Shown here: positions 14,896-29,366 of the stretch, in pieces
Layout of the letters: the number at the start of each line of letters is the position of its first letter
Numbering within the stretch: position 1 is the first letter of the stretch
Source of the DNA: Camelus dromedarius
Lineage: Eukaryota
Direction of reading: 5' to 3'
DNA: 64,000 bases
Assembly (NCBI RefSeq): GCF_036321535.1
Contig: NC_087436.1
Location: 89,902,001-89,966,000 of the forward strand
The notes under the pieces: generated by a model
Seen by the model: only the letters and a program-made list of their open reading frames with translations
The model's database searches: none
Told to the model about the DNA's origin: nothing
Program-made: the position numbers and the translations under genes

Positions 14896-15416
14896 GGGGG
14901 TGGGGAGGGATCAACTGGGAGTTTGGGATTAGCAGATGCAAACTACTATAAATAAAATAGATGAGCAACAAGGTCCTACTGTATAGCACAGGGAACTATA
15001 TTCAATCCCTTATAATGGCCTATAGTGAAAGAGAATATGAAAAGGAATATATTATATGTATTTATAAATGAATCACTATGCTGTACACTGGAAATTAACA
15101 CATTATAAATCGATTATCCTTCAATAAAAAAATCTAAAAAAATTAAGCATGGTGAGAAATATGCAAAGAATAATTATTTGATGTGCTGGAGGTATTGGCT
15201 AACACTATGGTCGTAATCATTTTGCAATATATGAGTGCATCAAATCCACATATAGTACACCTTAAACTTACACAATGTTATATGTCAATTATATCTTAAT
15301 AAAGCTAGATTTAAAAAGAACGATTGAAGAGCCTATGGACAGCTATCAAACTAAATTAGACTATCTCTGCCGCTGCTTATCTGAAATAAAATCTGTTTTA
15401 AACAAGCAAACAAAAG
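14896..15416 (+). mobile_element. 5'-truncated artiodactyl-type L1 with 3'-transduced flank
   Basis: L1 3' end 14896-~15142, about 270 nt of extra sequence, a second AATAAA and an A-rich tail, all bounded by a perfect 14-bp TSD AAGAATGAAATGTA (14882-14895 and 15417-15430). Confidence 0.85.
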
Positions 15417-18400
15417 AAGAATGAAATGTAAAGGATAGATTCCATTGTTTACTAAAGTAGCGATCATCCTGTTGCAAATGTCAGGCACAGAAACTGGGTC
15501 TCTGTTTTCTTTCTACTTTCTAACTAAATGGAAGGAATTTTTTTTCTAAAATAAATTTGAAGGAGATGACGTAGGTGGATTGCTACACGTGGGCACTTTC
15601 TGTGTACAATAAAGTATTTCAGAAAAGGCTCTGTGCATTTGGCAACCTCTGTAGGTCACTGAGATTGGACCTTATATGTCAAGCAGAAGCATTCGCTCTC
15701 CCAGAATAATTGAGAAGAGGGAAGGTCAAAGCATCTCCCTAGGCCCACACGGCATTCAGGGCAGGTTCAGGATAAATTCACGGGCACAGCTAAGCAGCCT
15801 CTCTCTTTGTGAGCGTGTCCAATAGCCTGACATTTCAGAAACCCAGCTCTTTTTAGCACCCCTATCTTTGTCCATTCTGGGCAGCTTTTCACTTTTCATT
15901 CTCTTGAATAGAAATGCAGTTCTCTCACCTGATTAAAAATATGTATAACTGGATGTGTGCCTTCTGCATCATGTGAAAGAAGAGGGAGGAATGATGGCTA
16001 ATTTGAATGCAGAGCTCTCTAATTATTTTGATGATCATAGTTTTGTGGAATGAGAAGTTCAGTCTTGTTTGTTCTGTTTATTCTTACAAAAGGTATCAGC
16101 TCTCAGTTTTCTTTGAGACTCTTCCCTTTGTTTAACTACAAAGCCGTCTTTTATTGTCATGGAAACTATCACTTCAATACTGGCATTTCTTCAAAAATTA
16201 TTTAAGATAGTCAATCATGTTATAAAAAGTAAACATGAGGCTGGAAAAACTCCAGCAGATGCAGCAGAGAAAAAACTCATTTGCATTGCATAAATGGTAT
16301 TAAATAGAAACTGGAAAGCCTTGGTACCAAAGGAAGGATTTATTCAAGATGCAGTAATGGTCTAAGAAGGAAAGGCATTTTTCGGTGCACAAGTTAGTGC
16401 CATTAAGAAACCAAATATAAACGATGTGATGTCTCAATTCTAAATATGAAATAAATACACCTAAAATACTTAAATACAATTTAAAATCCCTTACTAAAGT
16501 GCATCTTCAGAGCAGTGTAATATTGTACCCCTGAAAATACTGTCTTCTGTATCTAGAAGTGATACAGGCAACAAAGTTTATTAGGCATTTTTTGTTGAAG
16601 TAATTGGTTTTATTTAGTTTTCTCCATGTTTACTTTCTGACACATTGAATAAATCATTTATTTATGCTTTTCTTTTTCCTTGCCAATAATAGGTATTTGA
16701 TCTATAAAGGTTGAAAGTATGGACAACAAGCCAACCCAAAACTTAAAATGTTGGCAAAACAAATTTTGGCAAAAGCAGCCATGACTTTTCCTTCTAGTCA
16801 TTTATTCCTCTCTTGTTCAAAAAACTCCCTTGTCTCCCCACAAATAATGGGATTTCTGGAACATTATCATTTTTCTCAAATAAAAAAAGCATCTTTTCTA
16901 CTAATTTACAAGTTTGAATTCAGTTTTGTATTGCTTTATTCTTGTTGCCTCATGTCTTTATATAATTCTTCACTGTTCAATTTGATTTTAAACTTCCTGA
17001 ATGGAAATCTAAGAGTATTCTGGGCATTATCCCAAAAGAAATTGTAAATTTTCTTTTTGGATAAAAATTAATAATTAAAAATGATTTGGGGATTTTGGGG
17101 GGGTTATCAAATATGAAGAAACAATATGCATTTGTTTAATGCAGATTAGGACTCAAAATGGGTTATTTAGCAAAATTAAATTATTTAATGAAAATCTAAT
17201 ACAGATACGGAATTTATAATGAAATTTATTTTTCTCCCCTTTTATTCTTTACTGAAAACATTGCAGTGGTCTCCTAATTTATCTGTGTGTTGATGGACCA
17301 GGAAGTGCCTTTGATCTGCACTGTATAACGTTCTACTATCTCTTCTCTCATCAGACTCCAAATCTAAGAAAAATATTCCTGTCTAACAAATGAAATAATT
17401 GTTTTTTTATGAAAAACATGGGAAGGAGCAATCACTTTCTTTAACATATTCTTGGGGTCCTATCCTAATTTCCATCTTCCATAGCAGTAAATGGTAGAAT
17501 TAAAATATATTAAAATGTGAGTTTATTGATTTAGCAAGAGTGATCTGAGAAAGTTTTCTTTGTGGCCGGCATTGTGCCGGGTGTGAGAAGTATCGACATG
17601 AGTCCCTGCCCATCAATCTCTTACGAGTTTCTTAAAAAAGCCACATTTGTGGAGTATCATTTTCCCTTTTTAGGTTTAAAGGTAAACATCAAAATTCAAA
17701 AGTGGAATCATTATGTTTACTTTTAAATAAAACGTAATAATTTATTAAGATTTATTACTCATTACTGAGTATCATGAGGCCTTCTGATACAAAGTGGTGC
17801 ATGTGACGTCTTTGTGATGTATTCAATTCTGTGTCATTTGAAATTTTAGTGAAGCCATGATACGTACTTATGGGGAAAACAAAACAAGTCACTTGATGAT
17901 CTGCAAATGGATTGCTTGTCACACACATGACTAATGTTATTTATTCATAACAGCAGAATCATCAGTGGTTAACTCATTTAAATTAATTCATAAAAACTTA
18001 GACCTTAGGGCAACTGAAATTCATTCATATGCAAGTTATATGAATATATCTACTATTAAAATATATATATATACACATATTCATACCTATAATGACATAT
18101 GTACATATATATATATATCTAGCATCCTATTTCAAAAGTTATTTCATGTAATATAGTTTACTTTTGGATGTAGGTGAATACATGTATTTCACTGATATTA
18201 ACATTTAGTAGTGATATCCAGAAAACCAGGCAACATTGTAGTATGCCATTAAAAGACCACACAGTGAATAAGACACAAGCACATAGAAGTTCACTTTATT
18301 GTTATTAACGCTTAAGTGCAAATGGATTTGTGATCACAGACTTTGGATCAAGGAAAGTACCAGGACCATCCCAGAACAATCATATTAATCTAGAAAATTT

Positions 18401-19542
18401 ACAGAAAGCAGGTGAATGAGCTTCCCAACATCCTATAGAGCTAGAGGTAGAGATATTGCCAGAAACAGCTGGTTCTTTCCCTCAGTTGAAAATGTGACTG
18501 TGATGCTGAGTTTTGCTCCAGGACCAGGAGTAACTCGTATTTCTAAGCATTCCCATGAGCAAAAGTGCACAGAAGGTCTTCAAAAGGTCAGTAGTATAGC
18601 AGCAATTGTCTATTTATTCAACTGTGGAGAGACTCTGCCTGTGTGGAGAGGTCAGCTGTTCCCCCTCAGGACACACAGGCGCAAGGGAAATGCCAGGGCC
18701 AGAGAAGTGCTGAGACGGACATGCTGCCCACTCTCCAGCTCCAGAGTCATCTCGATTCTGCTAAGTTCTGCATCCTTGGCCAAATAAATCAGAACGTTAT
18801 ACCTGGTCTGTACGTGTTTCGTCTCCTCCTTCCAATCCATAGCTTAATTAGGGTGCTATGAAAGTATAGTCCAGTGAGATCTGTGTGCATTAATTAATTT
18901 TATAATGAACAGGTTTCAAAAAGTGTTTATGAAACTATAGCATTCTCAGTTATTTTACAGATTCTGCAAAATTAGTTTTCATTCTTCTAATGAAATGCAT
19001 TGTGTCATGACAGCTAAGTCATTTAATTCTTAACTGGGTGAAGGTGTTGAAGAAAAATCTACAAAATTAACTACAGAAATAATAAATACAATATAGGCCA
19101 TTATTATTTTCCCACGTGGACAAAAGTTACTTTTATGTCCAGAGAGTAGTGACATTTTGGATTATGACTGTTATTTCATCAGTGATTGCTGTTCTAAATG
19201 AAATAGTTAAATGGGCTTTGGGCGTTCACAATCTGTTTATTACAACGCCTTCATCTACTACCTTGGGACTGTGCATCCCAGGACCCAGTGATTTTTGCAG
19301 ACTCCAAAGAGAAATTCATTCTTCATCTCTCAGGATTGCAATGAAAATACTCTTATGGTTATGATTGTCTCTCTTGGTCTGCTTCACAGCCTTTGTACTG
19401 AAGTTGTAAATTTCAAAGACACTTTTTTACCTCCCAAAATATGATCTGTAAATACCAATTTTTTATAGTAAACAGTAATTCTATGAAATACAACCCTATG
19501 AAAACATCTTTGATGTTTTATGTTATTGGTGGTTCTTATTAA

Positions 19543-19731
<189 letters not shown>

Positions 19732-19854
19732 TAAAATGAGTCTAAAGAAAAGCTAGTTCCTAAGAATATTAAATGGGTTAAAGTCATTGGAAATGTGTCG
19801 GTTAGCTTAAAACCTTTTCCTCTTGATGTCTAAGAGCTAGCAGTACAGATTGTG

Positions 19855-19975
19855 CTTGGGAGCTTTTTAGAAATTCAGAATCTCAGGCCTGACCCCTTAC
19901 TAAGTCAAGACCTGCATTTTAACAAGATTTCAAGGAGATTCCAAGGTGTGCATTCAAGTTTCAAAAAACACCGGT
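19855..19975. mobile_element. MER5-like hAT-Charlie fragment
   Basis: tagaaattcagaatctcaggcc...ctgcattttaacaagat...gagattc...cattcaagttt...cac. Confidence 0.7.
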
Positions 19976-20789
19976 CTAAAATATGCAACCAACTCAAAAA
20001 ATGTGTCTTTCCAGAGAAGCCAATTTTACTTTGAAACAGTGTTACAATTTCCCTCACCTTCTAATTCTTTCTCCCTTATTCTGGATAAGTCACGACTATT
20101 CAACTCTTGATTTATGGATAATTACTCCTGGCCTGTGTGGGAAAGCTAAAGTCCTTTCCCATGGGCACACTCATTTAAGGAGAAGCAGCCATATGAATGA
20201 ACTAATGACCTCACATCTGCCAGATGTAAACCCAGAGAGCAGAAAGGAAAGTAGCTAGGAGGCTCAGATAGAACTGACCATGGTGAATTAGAACAGACAT
20301 ATAGCACTGAGACGTTCAGAATTGGTGACAGGATCAAAAGTGTAAAATCTCGGCCAGAAGATCAGTCTTGGAGATGTGGGCAGAAATCAGCACTTTAAAG
20401 TGTGGGAGAGGAGTGGACTGAAAACAATCAAAACAGAGGCTTGAGGTTGGTACCAGAAGGTCCGAGGGACCCGAGCAAGTAAAATAATCTACCGTCAGAG
20501 AGCAGAGAGCATTCATGAATCCTCTACGCCCTTGGCCAGTAAGCATGACCTGGAGAGAAAAACGAAGGCCATACCGTGCACACACACAGTTCAAGCTTCT
20601 TGGTCATATTAAATTTTTCTTTTAAATATTCTTGCTACACTAAGGGGGGCATTTAAATGTTATATACTTTCCGTGTCACATATAGGATAAACTCTTTCCT
20701 TTTTAAAATCAGGGACTGTTCTTTCTCTAATCCTTTCCATTTCCAAAACGTTCCAACTATTGACTGCTGCAGTTTCCTAAGCTTCTTAA

Positions 20790-20960
<171 letters not shown>

Positions 20961-21554
20961 TGAGTAACTACGCCCTTTGCTATACAGCACGTTTTGTTCC
21001 ATTGCGCACTTTCAAACGCGTTATCTTTCTTGACCCTCATCCCAATAGTTTGTGGTGTGTGGGGCCGGGAGTACTGGCTTCACCTCGTAGGTGAGGAAAC
21101 TGAGGCTCAGGGAGGTAAAATACATAGTCAGTGTCAGACTCTGAACAAGGGATAAAAACAATACTCAGATACTCTGAAATGCATTGTCTTCTTTCTGTTA
21201 AATCATTTTGCTTGTCAACATTTGTTTCCATGTTAGTGAAAGAAGAACATTTTTAGTATTCTCATATTTTTTTTAATGTAGAGTATAATAGTACCACATT
21301 TCTAGCCTTTCTATGTTTTTTATTTTATTTTTTGTTTGGTTTTTAGATGAACAAAGATCTTAGTACTTTAAGTGAAAGAAAGAAAGAGAGGAAGGGAAAG
21401 AGAGAAAAAAAGAGACTCCTCATTTGCTAACAGTAGTGTGTTTAATAACAAAGTTAATTTTCTTGATTTAGACCATGCAGGGAAATTTGGTTACTGCTTT
21501 TTGGATAATGAACTAGGCTGAGCACATTTGTGACAAAGTAGATGACCTTCGTGT

Positions 21555-22030
21555 ATTTCATCCACTCATTCATTTAGGAAAGTTTTATTGAGAATCTACT
21601 CTGTCGGTTACTATATCAGGCCCTAAATCTGCAAAAACATATAAAATATAGTCCCTGCATTCAACTAGCTCTGTATGGTGGAAGGTACCAGAAGAAGCAG
21701 GAAAGATAGTGTCAACACAAAATGAAGGCATTATAAAAGAGGCATATACAAGTCGTTAAAAAAGACAACAGCATGGATCCTCATGTAGAGAACTGATTAA
21801 AAAACTGAGCTAACATTTGACTTAAGTCTTGAAGGATGAGTAGTAGTGTCCCAGGCAGATGAGATGGAACAAGAATCCAAGCCAAATGGGATTAATTTTG
21901 CAATGATATGAAGGGATGAAAAAACATAATGTATTCGGTGACAGTGAGCTGTTTCAGTGTCAGTGGGTGTACATACAATTGAAGTTTAGTTTGAGGCCTA
22001 AATGAGACGGGCCTTGTAGGCCATGTTAAC
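21555..22030 (-). mobile_element. LINE-2 3' fragment
   Basis: cattcattt...ttattgagaatctactctgt...agtcttgaaggatgagtag...gggccttgtaggccatgt. Confidence 0.7.
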
Positions 22031-22149
22031 ACAACACATAGACCATAGTGTTTTGAGGCCATAGACATGTGTGAAGCTCTGAGAACAGTGCCTGGCATTT
22101 AATATGCACTATATAACTGTTAGCTATTCTTATTAACAGTGGAGAAAAA

Positions 22150-23970
22150 ATCAGTTTGATTCTCAATGAATAATTCAGAAAGAAATTAAGAAAATTATTC
22201 CATTATAATAACATCCAAAAGAATAAAATACCTAGGCACAAATTTAACCTAGTATGTGAAAGACTTGTCTACTGAGAATCACAAAGCATTGCTGAAAGAA
22301 ACTATGACCTAATTAAAATGGAAAGACATCTCATATTTATGTATTGGAAGACAGTGCTGTTAAGATGAGAATAATCCCCCGAGAAATCTATAGATTCAAT
22401 TCAATACCTTTCAAAAGTCCAGTGACTTTTTTTTTCAGAAATGACAAAGTTGATCCTCAAATTCACATAAAATTGCAAGGGGCTCCAAATGACTGAAACC
22501 ATATTTTTTTAAAAAAGTTGCTGGACTCACGTTTCCTAGCTTCAAAATCTAGTACAAAGCTACGTTAATCAAAATAGTGTGACAGTGCCACAGGGATAGA
22601 CATATAGACCAATGGAATAGAACTGAGAGTCCATAAGCAAGCACAAACACCTATGGCCTGTGGATTTTCAACAAGGGTGCTAAGACTATTCTGCTGGGAA
22701 ATATTAGTCTCTTCACCAGATGGTGCTGGGACAGCTGGATGACCACCACCACATGCAAAGGAATGACGTTGGACCCCTACCTCACTCCAGATTAAACAAT
22801 TAACTAAACAGATACACAAATTTAGTCTAAAATCTAAAACTATAAAACTATTAGAAGAAAACATAGGGTAAATATTTATGATTTCATATCTAGCAGTAGA
22901 TTCTTAGATTTAACATCAAGAGCATGAGTAACAAAGAAAAAAATAGATAAACTGAATTTCATTAAAGTTAAAACCTTTTGTGTCTCAAAGTACATCATCA
23001 AGAATGTGAAAAGACGACTTACACGTGGGAGAAAATATTTGATAATCACTTATCTGATAACAGTTTAATATCCTGAATAATGAATGAACTCTTACAACTA
23101 AAAAACAAAAACACCAAAAAATAAAACTGATTTAAAAATGGGTAAAGAACTTGAATGGACTTTTTGTTTTTTCTAAAGAAATATACAAATGTCAAACAAG
23201 CACAAGAAATGATGTACATCATTGGACATTAAGGAAATGCGAATCAAAACCACATTTAAATCCATTTTACACACATTAGGATGGCTATGATAATAAAACA
23301 AAAAAACAAAACAAAAGGACGTGAGTGTTGGTGAGGTTGTGGAGAAGTAGAAACCCTCCTATACTGCTGGTAGGAATGCAGTTCAGCTACTCCACAAAAA
23401 GTTATATACAGGATTACAATGAGGTCCACCAATTCTATGTCCAGGCATTACCTAAGATTAATAAAAACGTAAGTTCACAGGGAAGGTTGTACACAGGGGT
23501 TTATAGTAGCATCATTCCTAGTAGTCAAAAGAATGGAAACAACCCAGACTCCCTTCTGTAGATGAATGGATAACCAAAATATGGTATATACTTACAGTAC
23601 AGCATCATTCATCCACAGGAAGGATTAGGTACTGTTAACATGGTACAACAGGGATGAATCTCGAAAACATCATGCTAAGTGAAAGAAGGCAGATGCGAAG
23701 GTCACATATTTTATGATTTCTTTCATATGCGTTATCCAGAATAGACAAATCCATAAAGACAGTAAGCAGTTTAGTGATTGCCAGGGGGTGGAGGCAGAGG
23801 GAACTGGGGAGTGACTATGTAAGAACAGGGTGTTCTTCTAAAGTGATGAAAACGTCTTGAAACTAGGGAGAGGTGATTGCAGAACTTTGTGAATGCATAA
23901 ATGCCACTGAATTGCACATTTTAAAATGATTAAATGTATATTATGTGAATTTCATCTCCTTTATAATAAC
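22150..23970 (+). mobile_element. L1MB-like element: degenerate ORF2 C-terminus plus 3' UTR
   Basis: Collinear L1 motifs (aagaataaaatacctagg, gacatatagaccaatggaatagaactgagagtcca, catgctaagtgaaagaag, aatgccactgaattg). Many stops and frameshifts. Confidence 0.9.
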
Positions 23971-25789
23971 TTTTAAAAGTCAAGAGTTGAAAAAATAATA
24001 GCATTGAATGAGCACGTCAAGGATTTCCCAGGATTTAGGAATCTTCTCAGATGTCTCTTTCAAAATTTGCAAATAATTAAATCAAAGACAAAAAAAAATT
24101 TTGATGTGACCAAAAATAAGAGAAAATTTCCATTCAAATGGCTTGAAAAATAGAGTTATACATTTTTCAGAGCACAAATAATGCAGAAAACAAAGGTTTT
24201 AGGGAAAATTACATCATAACTAAAAACAGAAAGGAAATGATTGGGCAGAATGGATCTTCCAGAAAGATCTAAATTTATATATAAATATAGAGCAAATCAG
24301 ATAAATTAAATAATGCAGTATTTGTTTAACAAATGTAAGGAAAATAAAATACTGCATTGTGGCAAATAAAAATAGAGATTCATAGCATAAATCCCATGGA
24401 TGCATATGTTAAAAGAAGCCAATAGAAAACTACCTCAGTATAGAGGAGAGAGAAACAGATGAATATTTAACTTTAAATCTACAGAATATCTTAGTAGCAA
24501 GGTTACTAGTTTCAACTATAACAAATGTACACGTTTTTAAAGATTGATTACAAAAATAACATCTATAAGTTAAAAATTCAGGCTATATTCGAACCTGTAA
24601 ATTTTATGCACATGATTTATAATACAGGTTTAAGGATCCAGAAGTCATAATTTCATGCATATGAGCTGTTAGTTGGTAAAAGCATTTTACTACTATCTCT
24701 ACAAGTTATTCTGTGTCAGACTTGTAGTGAACGTAATTCCTTGTGAGTGTGTATGTATATCCTTGTGCAAGTAAAAGATAAAAATCCTATGTCCTGTCTG
24801 GAGTAAGACTTGAAACCTGCCCAGCCTCCTTATTCTCACTCCATCCTTCACTGTTTTCTGCCTCCTTCTGAGTTTGGACTTCATCTAACTGATAAATAGC
24901 AGTTACCAAAATAGTGTCTACCCTCTCCAAGCTTTTCTCCCTGAATCCACCACAAGGAGATGGTCTATAAACTGATTAGAGATTATTAAATCATCTGCCC
25001 TCCTCCTGCTTCTGAGGCTTTCTGTGGTGGGTAACCTCCCCCACAAGTAAAACAAAACAAAAAAACTATTACAGTTATGAAATTAATACGCCCTGGAAGA
25101 CAGATGTCAAATTTCCCAACCTTTGAGATCTGGCTTCATGCCGTGAATAGAATAAGAAAACAGAGCAAACAAGACATTGGCAGAGGAGTTGAAATTAGAA
25201 TGTGCACCCCTTTGATATTAGAGACTTTGCTGCATTTATGAAACACATACTACTGGTGATTGGAAAACTGGCAGATAAGAACATTCCACATTAACTTTTG
25301 ACAAAACAGTCATCTACTGGGCAGAAAGTCCCTTCATAAGGAGGTTATTGTAGTTAGTAAAGAGATAATCATGATCTGATATAATGAATATATATATATT
25401 TTTTCCTTTAAAGCAGCTAACACTTTTGAGTGCTTAGCTACATATTTGAAAGAATAATGCACCAGGATGAAGACAGCATGTATCAGGTCCTGATTTTACT
25501 TCTGCATTAAGTGCGTGTGTAATCTCTCTAAACTCTAGATTTTTTTTTCTGCTGTAATTTGATATAAAACTTATGCTATCTACTTCATAGGGATTCCTAA
25601 AACAATATGTGTGCAGGTTTTCTTAAATCCTAAAGTAAATGTATGCTTTTATTGTTTTATATATTCAACAAATAGCAAGTTTAGGTATTTTCTGATAACC
25701 AAGAATACTGTAGAATGTTCCACGAATTCAAGTGGTCTATGAGTCAAGGCATGCCAAGGTAGGAAAGGGCATTCCATAAGAACAGGGCG

Positions 25790-26190
25790 AAAAATCAAAG
25801 CTAAGAGAAAGTGGAGCTCATAGAAAACAGAGGACAGAATGGTGGTTGCCAGGCGCTGGGGTAGGGGAAATAGGGAGAGGCTGGTAAAAGCTATAAACTC
25901 TCAGTTAATAGACAAATAAGGTCTGATGATCTAATAACATGGTGACTATAGTTGATAACATTGTATTGTGTAATTGAAATTTACTAAGAGAACAGAACTT
26001 GCCTTTTCACCCCCCCTCAGAAAAAAAAAACACACAAATATGTGAGATGATGCGTGCGCTAAGTAACTCTATGGTGGGGATCCTTTCATAATGTGTATCA
26101 ATTCATCACACTGTACACTTTAAATATATTACAATTTTCTTTGCCAATTATACCCCAATAAAGCTAAAAGAAGTTTTAAAAAAGAGAAAG
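25790..26190 (+). mobile_element. L1MA-like 3' UTR fragment
   Basis: agaatggtggttgccagg...catggtgactatagttgataaca...ctgtacactttaaat...caataaagct plus A-rich tail. Confidence 0.85.
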
Positions 26191-26280
26191 AAAGTCAGCT
26201 GGATATAGCTTCAGCTTGTCTAGGCTGAAGAATTGGTACAGCCTCAGAAGGGGATATGGATGGCTTTAATTGGAAAGTAG

Positions 26281-26560
26281 GGAGAAAGCGGCCGCAGGAG
26301 TCGAATGCCTGGGCAGTAGTGGGATATGAAACGAACGAACAGAAAGCCCGTGCAGGGCAAAAACAGCCTCTGCCAAACTCGTTCCAAATCCGTCTTCCAC
26401 AAGGCATGGCTGCGGAGTGCTGACGGGCGGCATACCTGGCATCCCGGAACTGACTCTGGCACAAGGCAGCACGTGCTAGTCAGCAGGCTGCCAGCCCACC
26501 AGCCGCCCTCCCGCCCGCCCTCAGAGCCTCAGCCCTGCCAGCCACTGCCAGTTAGGAGAG
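26281..26560. promoter_or_regulatory. Small CpG/GC-rich intronic patch (candidate regulatory element)
   Basis: 16 CpGs in 26281-26520, GC boxes, E-box CACGTG (26470-26475) and TGACG (26421). Confidence 0.4.
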
Positions 26561-26899
26561 TGACTGAGGCAAAATACATTAATAAGCCACGGCAAGAAGA
26601 TTAGGAAGCCTCGCTGGTTCTAGTCTAGGGGCAGGTTTAGAAGTTGCTTCAGGAATACAGGTGGTCTGCTTAAGCTTGATTGATGAGACTGGATTATTAG
26701 CAAAGGCATAGGAAGAGAATTACAAATTATGCTGTTATTTTGTCAGTGAATTTTTGTTTTAGACTTTTTTCAGGACATGCAAATATCCTTTCAATATAGT
26801 TATGACCATTTAAGTTATGAGAGCAGATTATCCAACCAATGCCATTTCCTATACTGAAATCTATGTGATTGCAGTGATGAGAAAATATCTGAAAATAGC

Positions 26900-27010
26900 T
26901 TTTTTTAAATTGAAGTAGAGTTGGTTTATAATGTGTTAATTTCCGGTGTACAGCATAGTGATTCAGCTATATTATATATTCCTTTTCATATTCTTTTTCA
27001 TTATAGGCTT
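26900..27010 (-). mobile_element. Short antisense L1 3' terminus
   Basis: Poly-T then ttgaagtagagttg...ggtgtacagcatagtgattcag. Imperfect TSD aaaat(a/g)gc. Confidence 0.8.
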
Positions 27011-28402
27011 AAAATGGCATTTTTGAGCACCTCAATGGGTCATATACTTGTTAGATCCATTTATCATTTTAATCAAATAATCATTATTTAATCATTTAAT
27101 TCTGGGAAAAAAAATCCCTGGTTAGGAAAGTAATTATCCCCCCTTTTCAAATAAGAACTTTGAAACCCGGCAGTGGTAAGAGACTACTCCGTTGCCAGAC
27201 AGCAGGTCAGTAACAAAGAAAGAATTTGACCTTACAGCTCTCTGACTCTAATGCTTTCACTTTTTCTACTGCACCATTAATGCCATCAAACTGCTTTGAC
27301 CTTTTTTTTTTTCCTTTTCGAGCCTGCAGTCAGAAATATACTGGGTGACTTCTTCAAACATGGGTAATTTCTGTGTGAGAGTCAGGCTTACTAAACATAG
27401 ATCAGAACCTGAGGTGAATGTTCAGGTTTGAACAATAGTTACCTGTTGGCCAGCAGCTACTTACTGAAGTCTTTCAGATTTCTTGCCCTGTTTCCTGCCC
27501 AGAAGTTGACACTATCAGATTGTGGTATAGTGACCTATGCATCAAATGACCTTTCAAAGGTCACTCCTGTCCAGTATTATGTTCTGCACTTATAAATAAA
27601 ATTAACCTAGTTAATCCAAGTTTTTAAAAGTATAGTTATTTATAGTAGGTTCACCTTAGTCATTTGAAACTTCTTTTTAATCCGAGGTAGAGAATTTATT
27701 ACTGCTTTTGACTGCATTCTGTAAAACCATCTCTCTATTATACATTTTGTCTTGGAACTCACCTGTGAAGTCTTCATAATCTTATAGAATATATAAAGAA
27801 GGTTTTAGGTGTTTCAAAAGGATTTTTTCTTGTTACTGTTGTTTTGTTTTGATTTTTTTTTTTTTTTTTTTTAGTTTTCACTTTCTTCACTTAAGCTTTG
27901 AAATAAAATGGAAAATAATGGCCTTTGCTACTCTATTTTACTATTTAGACAGGTCTAGGTCATTAAATATTTAGCTTCACTATAGCAAAAGTGTGAGTGC
28001 GTATTTATCTTTAGTTTTTAAACTCACAAAAATTAAAGGTATTTATTTTCAAATATGTCATAGTCTTTCAAGGAAATGATTTCTACTCGGATGACTTATC
28101 TGATAAGAATAATTTAATAAGGCATTATTTATCACAAATAACATAATATCTCCCCAGTTAAATCACCTCAGGGAGCTATACGAAATCACCAAAACTATTA
28201 ACATTTGCACAGTCACCCTGCATTTTATGACAATACAATTATAAGACTGAAATAGCAAAAGGATTTGATAACAGTGGGGAGTTTACATAAGACAGTGTTT
28301 TCTGTGGTCTCCTGTTCTTTATTGCCTTATTGTCATCTGAATATATTCCTTGTCATACTGATTATATTATTTTCTTCTAAACTTACAAAATAAGAATATT
28401 AC

Positions 28403-28734
28403 TATTTTAGTTTAAACTATTTTAACAAAGTACTATAGACTGGGGGTCTAACAGACAACAGGAATTTATTTCTCACAGTTTTAGAGGCTGAAGGTTTGGA
28501 GTTAGGATGCCAGCATGGTAGGTTCTGGTGAGAACCCTCTTCATTGCAGGTTGCTGACTTCCTCATATCGTCACGCGGCAGGAGAGTGAGCTAACTCTCT
28601 GGTCTCTTCTATCCCGTTACTGAGGGCTTCGGCGTCATGACCAGATTATCTCTGAAAGGCCTCACCCCCATCACATCAGGAAGTAGATTTCAACAAATGA
28701 ATCTGGGGGGAACACCGCTGTGCAGTCCGTAACA
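28403..28734 (-). mobile_element. MaLR solo LTR (MLT1A-like)
   Basis: catagactggg-like start, aatttatttctcacagttttagaggctg, ggttctggtgag, tttcaacaaatgaat-tggggggaacac...taaca end. Confidence 0.8.
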
Positions 28735-29347
28735 GTTACTGTGACGTCTGGCAGTTACAGTAGGTTGAACTCTCTTGGGTAATGGAGCAGAGATGCAGGG
28801 ATCCCAGGGTGATATCCTTGGAAGGCCGTCTTCGCTCGTTTTTAGATCGAACCTTTCCTTAACCAGAACTTCCACCTCATTCTTGATATCATTTGAGATT
28901 AGTTGTGAACCATGCTAGGTTTCTTGGACGTCACCTCTCAACTGTGGTAGATTACGATGGATGGGTAGTTCTTGGGAGACTGGTCTTAAGTCGTAATGAC
29001 ACTGCTGAATCCATTTGATAGCATTAGGCTACCAAATTATGCCTAATTAAGGAGCTGAATCATATCCTTTTAGAAATCTAGGAACAGAGTAGTTCAGCAA
29101 TGAAGATAATGAATTTAACAAGAACAGAAATCTGTGGATCCATTCTGGGAAGATTTTGGACATTCTTGGAAAAGTGGGAAGAACAGAGAATCCAGTTCAA
29201 CGCTTTCCTTTCACGTTCCTTGTGAGCTACATTAAATTATTTCTCAAGGAAGGAAATGAATAACTAAAATAAAATAGCCCAAGGCTTTCTAGGCAACCAT
29301 TTAAGCAGTATAATCCCTAGGTACCTTTTGATTTTTTTTTTCTTAAA

Positions 29348-29366
29348 TCACCACTAGATGGGGCTC
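29348..29366 (+). promoter_or_regulatory. Candidate CTCF motif
   Basis: TCACCACTAGATGGGGCTC, close to the CCACYAGRKGGCRS core with one mismatch. Confidence 0.45.

Noticed and set aside
26195..26604. Four overlapping short ORFs suggesting a small gene
   Set aside because: Expected from locally high GC (few stop codons). No homology recognised.
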